DNA of 64,000 nucleotides from an uncultured Acidobacteriota bacterium (GTDB lineage Bacteria; Actinomycetota; Acidimicrobiia; Spongiisociales; ZC4RG35): positions 73,680 to 137,679 of the forward strand of contig CAWHEU010000004.1 of NCBI GenBank assembly GCA_963828465.1. The letters run 5' to 3'. This document shows, piece after piece, positions 58,516-64,000 of the stretch. Position numbers and translations under genes: made by a program. The notes beneath the pieces were generated by a model. That model was given only the letters and a program-made list of their open reading frames with translations. It had not been told where the DNA came from and ran no database searches. Positions within the stretch are counted from its first letter, which is position 1; every line of letters begins with the position of its first letter.

Positions 58516-59397
58516 GTGAGGGTTGGCTTCATTGGCCTTGGCGACATGGGCCAGGGCATCGTTCCCCGGCTGCTCGCTGCTGGACATCAGGTCACTGGCT
58601 GGAACCGAACCGCCGACAAAGCACGACCGCTCCTGGAGCTCGGGATGGAGTGGGCCGACACCCCCCGCAAGGTGGCCGAAGAGGCCGAGGTCGTCCTATC
58701 CATCGTGACCGACGCCGCTGCGGTCGAGGCAGTCGCTGTCGGTGATGACGGCATTGTCTCCGGTCTTCCCCCCGACGGCATCTACGCCGACATGAGCACG
58801 ATCGACCCCGATGCGACTCGACGCATCGCCACTATGTATGCCGAAGCTGGACTGACGATGCTCGACGCACCCCTGTCCGGGAGCCCGATCTCACTGGAGC
58901 AGGACAAGGCCTCGGTGATGGTCGGTGGTGACCGAGCCGCCTTTGAGAGGGTGCGGCCGGTGCTGGAGGCAATCGGGCCCACCGTCACCTATATCGGGAC
59001 CAGTGGCATGGCCATGCAGATGAAGGTGGCGATCAACCTCTGCCTCATCGTGGAGATGGTGGCGTTCACCGAGGCCGTGGCTCTGGCCGAAAAGGGCGGG
59101 GTAGACCGTGCGGTAGCCGTCGACGCCATGCTCAAGAGCGTCGTCGCGTCCCCGGTCATGGGTTACCGCGGCCCGTTCATCCTGGAGGGGAACATGCCGG
59201 ACAAGCCACTGGCCAATGTCACCCTGCAGCAGAAGGACATGCTCCTCGCCCTCGACCTGGGCCGGCGTCAGGGCAGCCCGGTGCCGCTCGCCGCTGCCGC
59301 CAACGAGATGCTGAACGCCGCTCATGGTCTCGGGCTGAGCCATCGCGATTTCGTGACGGTGTTCGACGTCTATCGGCGGCTGGGAGGGCACGAATGA
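58516..59397 (+). CDS. NAD(P)-dependent beta-hydroxyacid dehydrogenase (3-hydroxyisobutyrate dehydrogenase family)
   Basis: MRVGFIGLGDMGQGIVPRLLAAGHQVTGWNRT Rossmann motif plus the catalytic Lys region SGMAMQMKVAINL. Confidence 0.85.
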   Translation: MRVGFIGLGDMGQGIVPRLLAAGHQVTGWNRTADKARPLLELGMEWADTPRKVAEEAEVVLSIVTDAAAVEAVAVGDDGIVSGLPPDGIYADMSTIDPDATRRIATMYAEAGLTMLDAPLSGSPISLEQDKASVMVGGDRAAFERVRPVLEAIGPTVTYIGTSGMAMQMKVAINLCLIVEMVAFTEAVALAEKGGVDRAVAVDAMLKSVVASPVMGYRGPFILEGNMPDKPLANVTLQQKDMLLALDLGRRQGSPVPLAAAANEMLNAAHGLGLSHRDFVTVFDVYRRLGGHE

Positions 59398-59837
59398 CGG
59401 GCCGATTCCGTATCAACCGTCACGACGTGGCGGTCGAAGGAGGGTTGCGCCAGGACGAGGGCTGGGTCGATATGAAGGTGCAGTTCCTGGTCGACGCGGC
59501 GAAGGCGGGCTCGGACGACCTCCTCCTCGGCTGGACCGTCCTGCCCCCGGGAGCCCGGCACGATCGGCACCGCCACCCCAATGCCGACGAGTTCCTCATC
59601 GTCCTATCCGGGCACGGGATGATCTACACCGACGACGAGGACCAGACTGCCGGCGAAGGTGACGTCCTGTTCACCCGGCGAGGCCTTTGGCACGGCTTCG
59701 ACAACACAGGCGACGAGGACGTGACCCTGGTCTGGGGATGGAGCGGGGCGGGTTCGCTCGACGCAGCCGGATACGAGCTGCCCAAGAGTCCCCCCTCCCC
59801 GGCTTCGCCGGTACTCCCCCCTTCGGAGGGAGAGTGA
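59394..59837 (+). CDS. Cupin-domain protein
   Basis: Two-His cupin motif GARHDRHRHPNADEFLIVLSGHGMIY...GLWHGFDNTG. Start overlaps the upstream stop. Confidence 0.7.
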   Translation: MTGRFRINRHDVAVEGGLRQDEGWVDMKVQFLVDAAKAGSDDLLLGWTVLPPGARHDRHRHPNADEFLIVLSGHGMIYTDDEDQTAGEGDVLFTRRGLWHGFDNTGDEDVTLVWGWSGAGSLDAAGYELPKSPPSPASPVLPPSEGE

Positions 59838-59885
59838 GCCAGTCGGCGCTCGCCAGCGGTCTGACGGGCCAACTCGAATTGCGGC

Positions 59886-60524
59886 GTGACCTCATCGTCC
59901 CAGGGCTATCGCCCAATTGGCTGGAAGGCAGGGTTCGGCGCCCCGGCGTGGCGGGAGCGATTCAGGACCGATGGGCCATTGATCGGGTTCATGACCGAGG
60001 CCACGCTCCTCGAAGACGGCGCCGAGTTCGACGTCTCCGGCTGGGCTCGTCCGGTGGCCGAGCCCGAGATCGCCGCCTATCTGGGGTCCGACCTCCCGCC
60101 GGGTAGCGGCCAGGAGGAAACCCGGGCGGCGATCTCAGCCATCGGGCCCGCCATCGAGCTGGCCGACATCGACCCCCCACCCGAAGAGCTGCACGAGATC
60201 CTGGTGGGGAACGTCTTCCACCGAGGCGTCGTCCTCGGCCAGTCCGACCCCGGCCGGGCCGGCGCCGACCTCACCGGTCTGGAGGCGCGGGTCAGAGTGG
60301 ATCGCCGGGAGCAAGCCCGCACCAACCGTCTAGAAGATCTTGCCGGCGGTGTGATCGAGGTCGTCTCCCATCTCTCCGATCTACTGGCGGATCAGGGCGA
60401 GATGATGAGGGCAGGCGATGTCGTCATCTGCGGCTCCGTGGTTCCTCCGATCGATCTCTTCCCGGGGTTGACCGTCGAGTTCGAGCTTTATCCGATGGAG
60501 CCGATCAGCTTGCGCGCTCTCTGA
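59886..60524 (+). CDS. 2-keto-4-pentenoate hydratase / FAH-family hydratase-like protein (MhpD/HpaH-type), shorter than typical homologs
   Basis: GYRPIGWKAGFG...RPVAEPEIAAYLGSDL pattern. The ORF track treats the GTG start as M. Confidence 0.55.
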   Translation: MTSSSQGYRPIGWKAGFGAPAWRERFRTDGPLIGFMTEATLLEDGAEFDVSGWARPVAEPEIAAYLGSDLPPGSGQEETRAAISAIGPAIELADIDPPPEELHEILVGNVFHRGVVLGQSDPGRAGADLTGLEARVRVDRREQARTNRLEDLAGGVIEVVSHLSDLLADQGEMMRAGDVVICGSVVPPIDLFPGLTVEFELYPMEPISLRAL

Positions 60525-60533
60525 AACGAAGGA

Positions 60534-61985
60534 TCAGCTGCCCAAGGGCGCTCCCTGATCCATCTCGGGCGGGCCCCAGGTTCCGGCCGTGTAGCCGATC
60601 AGCTTCGGGGGCCGTTCGAGAAGTGGATCGTAGAGACGCCATGAGGCCTCGACCTCGTCCGCCCTGACGAACAGCGTCTGATCGCCTTCGAGGATGTCGA
60701 GGATCAGTGTCTGATAGGCGTCAGGCAGTACCCCGTACACATCCGAATAACGAAAATGCAGGGCCTGGGTGTCGATGGTCGTGTCCTCAGCGGGTGACTT
60801 CACGTTGAAGCGGAGATCGAAGCCCTCATCCGGCTCCAGGATGATGCGCAGCACGTCGGGCTCGTGGACGCAATCGTCACGCCGGCCGTGGAACACACAC
60901 AAGGCGGGCTCGCGGAAGGTCACCTCGATGTGGGTCGAGCGCTGCGGCAGTCTTTTCCCGGTCCGGAGCAGGAACGGGATCCCCTGCCAGCGCCAGGTGT
61001 CGACGTAGAGCCTGATCCCAACAAATGTCGGTGTCATCGAGTCGGCGATGACGCCCTCTTCCTCGAGATACCCGGGGACCTTCTCCCCATCTCGCCACCC
61101 CGCCTCATACCTGCCATAGACGACATCGTCTTCCTCCACTGGCGCTACAGCGGTGATCACCTTGACCTTCTCGTCACGGATCCGGTCGGCATGGAAGACA
61201 TTGGGTGGCTCCATCGCCACCAGTGCGAGTAGTTGGGTGAGATGGTTCTGCACCATGTCCCGGACCACCCCGGCCCGCTCGTAATAACCGGCCCGACCGG
61301 CAATGCCCAGGTCTTCGGCCACAGTGATCTCGACACGACTGACCCGATCCCTGTTCCAGAGTCGCTCGAACATGGGGTTGGTGAATCTGAAGGTGAGCAG
61401 GTTCTGTACCGTCGCCTTGCCCAGATAGTGGTCTATCCGGTAGATCTGGGTCTCGTCGAACTTCGCCAACAGGAGATCGTTGAGGGCGCGGGCCGACTCG
61501 AGATCGGTGCCAAACGGCTTCTCGACGACGACGCGAACCCAACCAGCCCCCTGGTTGAGCCCGGAGCTTCCCAGCCCCTCGATGGTGGGGGCGAATGCCC
61601 CGGGCGGGATGGCCATGTAGAAGACCCGGTTGCCGGGCAGGCTGCGTTCGGCCTCGATGGACTCGATTCGCTCCCGGAGCGCGGCGTAGCCGGAATCACT
61701 GTCACTGAGCGCCTGGTGATGGAGGTTGCCCCGGCACCAAGTCTCGACCTCGTCGGCGTCGAGCCCGCTCTCGACGAGCGCCTCCTTCGCCCAATCCCGA
61801 TAGGCGGCGTCCCCGACTTCTTGGCGGGAGACCCCGAGCACGACGCATCGGTCCCGAACCTCATGGTCGGTTATCAGCCGGTAGAGCGATGGGATGAGCT
61901 TGCGCTGGGCCAAGTCGCCTGTGCCGCCGAAAATCACGAAGACATGGGGGTCTACCCGGCTCGTCGGCCTCGTGCTCATCATCAA
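60534..61985 (-). CDS. zwf: Glucose-6-phosphate 1-dehydrogenase
   Basis: VIFGGTGDLAQRKL, RIDHYLGKATVQNLLTFRFTN and the EKPFG active-site region; 483 aa. Confidence 0.95.
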   Translation of the reverse strand: MMMSTRPTSRVDPHVFVIFGGTGDLAQRKLIPSLYRLITDHEVRDRCVVLGVSRQEVGDAAYRDWAKEALVESGLDADEVETWCRGNLHHQALSDSDSGYAALRERIESIEAERSLPGNRVFYMAIPPGAFAPTIEGLGSSGLNQGAGWVRVVVEKPFGTDLESARALNDLLLAKFDETQIYRIDHYLGKATVQNLLTFRFTNPMFERLWNRDRVSRVEITVAEDLGIAGRAGYYERAGVVRDMVQNHLTQLLALVAMEPPNVFHADRIRDEKVKVITAVAPVEEDDVVYGRYEAGWRDGEKVPGYLEEEGVIADSMTPTFVGIRLYVDTWRWQGIPFLLRTGKRLPQRSTHIEVTFREPALCVFHGRRDDCVHEPDVLRIILEPDEGFDLRFNVKSPAEDTTIDTQALHFRYSDVYGVLPDAYQTLILDILEGDQTLFVRADEVEASWRLYDPLLERPPKLIGYTAGTWGPPEMDQGAPLGS

Positions 61986-61999
61986 AAGGTAGCGGTGGA

Positions 62000-62677
62000 C
62001 TAGATGTCGGCGCTAAGCAGGACCTCACCCGTGGGCTCGGACAGACCTTCCTCCGGCTCCTCGGTCATCGCCAGGGTCAGGCCCGGCTGGATGCCTTCGA
62101 CCAGGACCGTCGCCTCTTCCGGAGACTCCGGCCGGAACGCGCCGGCGGCAGTCGGGCCTTCCTCGTCGATCAGCCACAACTCATAGACCCGATCCTCCTC
62201 CGGCAGGTCGAGATCGGAGCCATTGAACACTCCTTGCCCCAACGATTCCGAGTACACGAATCGGGCGCCACCAACGTTCGAGTCGAGATCGACTTCGACC
62301 GCATCGGGGGCGGCGAGCACGGCGGAAATGTCCTGGTCCTGTCCTCCGATGTTGGACACGAGCAATCCCACCGAGACAACGAGGACCGAGGCGGCTATAG
62401 CCACCAAACCCCAGCCGAGAGGTTTGCGACGACGACTCTCCAGCGGGACCACCTCAACGGGCGAATCGGTGGCGACAGCGGTCATGACCCGCTCCTTCAG
62501 CTCCGGCGGCGGAGTGACAGAAACCGTCTCAGCGACAGAGGCGGCTGCATCGGAGAGCTGGGCCAGCTCTTCCCGACATTCGGCGCAGTCGACCAGATGC
62601 GCCTCGTACTCGGCGCGTTCCGAGTCATCGAGCGCATCCACGGCATAAGCCGCCACGAGATCGTGCATGTCATCCAT
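62000..62677 (-). CDS. Anti-sigma factor, zinc-binding RskA-type
   Basis: The N-terminal HxxxCxxC motif (HLVDCAECREEL) is followed by a TM segment and an extracytoplasmic domain. It overlaps the stop of the upstream ECF sigma by 8 nt. Confidence 0.7.
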   Translation of the reverse strand: MDDMHDLVAAYAVDALDDSERAEYEAHLVDCAECREELAQLSDAAASVAETVSVTPPPELKERVMTAVATDSPVEVVPLESRRRKPLGWGLVAIAASVLVVSVGLLVSNIGGQDQDISAVLAAPDAVEVDLDSNVGGARFVYSESLGQGVFNGSDLDLPEEDRVYELWLIDEEGPTAAGAFRPESPEEATVLVEGIQPGLTLAMTEEPEEGLSEPTGEVLLSADI

Positions 62678-63218
62678 TGTCTTCACCAAGTGCGGATCGC
62701 AGACGGGTGAGCCCGTCACGGATCCGAGTCTTCACCGTTGCCAGCGGGGTATCCAATCGCTCGGCCACCTCGCGGTAGGTGAGGCCCCCGAAATAGGCCA
62801 TCTCTATCACCTGAAACTGTAAGTCGGTCAGCGAGCTGAGAGCAGCACGCACCCGATCTCGCTCGTCACCGAGGATCGCCATCTCGGCGACATCGGCCAC
62901 CGGGCCGTCGGCCGGCACCTTGAACTCCCGATCCCGGGCACTCTGGGATCTGCGGACCACATCGACGGCCCGCCGGTGGGCCATCGTCGCCATCCAGGAT
63001 TTGACCGAGCCGCGCTGCGCGTCGAAACCGGACGCTTGCCTCCAGACCTGGAGGTAGACCTCTTGGGTCACCTCCTCGGCCAAGGCTTCGGACCGGACAA
63101 CACGAAGGGCGAGCCCGTAGATCATCGACGACGTCTGGTCATAGAGGTCCGAGAACGCCTCGGTATCGCCGTGGGCGACTCGTGTCATGAGGCTGTCCAG
63201 CGGTGGTGTTGTTGACAT
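62670..63218 (-). CDS. ECF sigma factor (SigK-like)
   Basis: Region 2 (EVTQEVYLQVWRQASGFD) and region 4 (FQVIEMAYFGGLTYREVAERLDTPLATVKTRIRDGL). Start placed at MSTTPPLD. Confidence 0.85.
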   Translation of the reverse strand: MSTTPPLDSLMTRVAHGDTEAFSDLYDQTSSMIYGLALRVVRSEALAEEVTQEVYLQVWRQASGFDAQRGSVKSWMATMAHRRAVDVVRRSQSARDREFKVPADGPVADVAEMAILGDERDRVRAALSSLTDLQFQVIEMAYFGGLTYREVAERLDTPLATVKTRIRDGLTRLRSALGEDNG

Positions 63219-63343
63219 GAGTGTCAGACAGATCGTGCGGGAGCGAGGGAGGCTACCCACACCCCAGGGCACGGGGTGAGGTCGAACGGCGGCCACTACT
63301 TGCATTTGCATAGGTTCGGAGTCGGGGAACCTGTGGATTGCCG

Positions 63344-63958
63344 TCAGTCAGAGGCGCCCAGGACTCGCAACAATGCCCGGCGGCACTGCTCTTTGTACTC
63401 CTTGTGATTCGTGCGCCAGTCAGTGGTCTGGAGCCATTGAAGGAACATCCCTTCGATGACAGCACGCATCTGGATCGCAGCAACGGTCGGGTCGTCGACG
63501 TCGAGCGCACCGGCCTCCACCCCGGCCACGATGACCTCCCGGTAGAAGCTGTTCATGATCGATCTCGCCTTTTCAGCGAACTCGTCGAATTCTGGTGAGC
63601 GCGCCTGGTGCTCGACTCCGTCGAGATAGAACCGGAAGAAATCGCGATTCGCCTCCGGGCTGACCCACACTGCCTCCACCACCTTTGCGATGGCGATGGC
63701 GGGATCATCGGACTCGGCGAGATGGTCCCTGATCCGGGCTTCGGTTGCCTCCAGGACCCACTCCAGAGAGGCCAGCACCAAACCGTCCTTGGTCTGGAAG
63801 TGGTAGATCAGCAAGCCCTTGGATACCCCGGCCTCGGTGGCGATCTGCTGAAGGGGCACGCGATGCACCCCGTCCCGAGCCATCACCTTGTAGGCAACCC
63901 GGATCAACTCCGCCCGCCGGTCCTCTGCGGCTCGAGCCCGGGTCGGCGCCTGGGTCAT
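63344..63958 (-). CDS. TetR/AcrR-family transcriptional regulator
   Basis: N-terminal HTH RVPLQQIATEAGVSKGLLIYHFQTKDGL. Confidence 0.85.
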   Translation of the reverse strand: MTQAPTRARAAEDRRAELIRVAYKVMARDGVHRVPLQQIATEAGVSKGLLIYHFQTKDGLVLASLEWVLEATEARIRDHLAESDDPAIAIAKVVEAVWVSPEANRDFFRFYLDGVEHQARSPEFDEFAEKARSIMNSFYREVIVAGVEAGALDVDDPTVAAIQMRAVIEGMFLQWLQTTDWRTNHKEYKEQCRRALLRVLGASD

Positions 63959-64000
63959 GGCAGCTTCACGTATTCGAAATCCGTGGGCTTTCCCTGGATG

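Noticed and set aside
59838-59886. A possible sixth frameshift that would explain the N-terminally short MhpD-like hydratase
   Set aside because: The upstream 150 nt are occupied by the in-frame cupin gene. The alternative frames give no hydratase-like sequence, so this is probably a truly shorter homolog.
63959-64000. A possible partial gene at the window end
   Set aside because: Too short (42 nt) to assign a frame or product.

Overview
This 64-kb window is high-GC (~68%) actinobacterial chromosomal DNA, possibly from an Acidimicrobiia-like lineage. It has about 58 densely packed protein-coding genes; I found no rRNA, tRNA, CRISPR array, transposase or integrase. The content is mostly carbohydrate uptake and metabolism plus redox and stress functions.

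Main gene groups:
- **Cellobiose/beta-glucoside locus:** a LacI/CebR-like regulator, a CebEFG-like ABC transporter and a GH1 beta-glucosidase, with two AGCGCT-core operator palindromes, plus a GH5 hydrolase.
- **Xylose locus:** long-type xylA and xylB, a XylFGH-like ABC transporter, and a second sugar ABC transporter with a ROK (XylR-like) regulator.
- **Others:** glutamate synthase large subunit, aroK, clpB, zwf, two ECF sigma/anti-sigma pairs, and a cluster of F420/FMN-type oxidoreductases.

Observations worth a second look:
1. Two tandem genes for SLH-domain surface proteins share a 603-bp near-identical 5' module but have unrelated C-terminal domains (a parallel beta-helix and an unknown domain). 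A third SLH protein is fused to a class-A beta-lactamase-like domain.
2. A perfect actinobacterial SOS box (TCGAACATATGTTCGA) overlaps the start codon of a DUF222 HNH endonuclease, with a TTGAAT-17-TAGCGT promoter just upstream. The same divergent region fronts an RnfD/NqrB-like membrane protein.
3. Tandem GerW/YtfJ-family paralogs occur in what is presumably a non-sporulating actinobacterium.
4. A stress cluster next to clpB encodes an ECF sigma factor, an anti-sigma factor, a LiaF-like protein, an AlkZ/YcaQ-like DNA glycosylase and a GreA-like factor.
5. Five conserved genes (aroK, gltB, xylB, an ABC ATPase, an ABC binding protein) each carry an apparent single-nucleotide frameshift. This points to assembly or sequencing indels rather than real pseudogenes.

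I did not recognise a known defence or otherwise novel system in this window.
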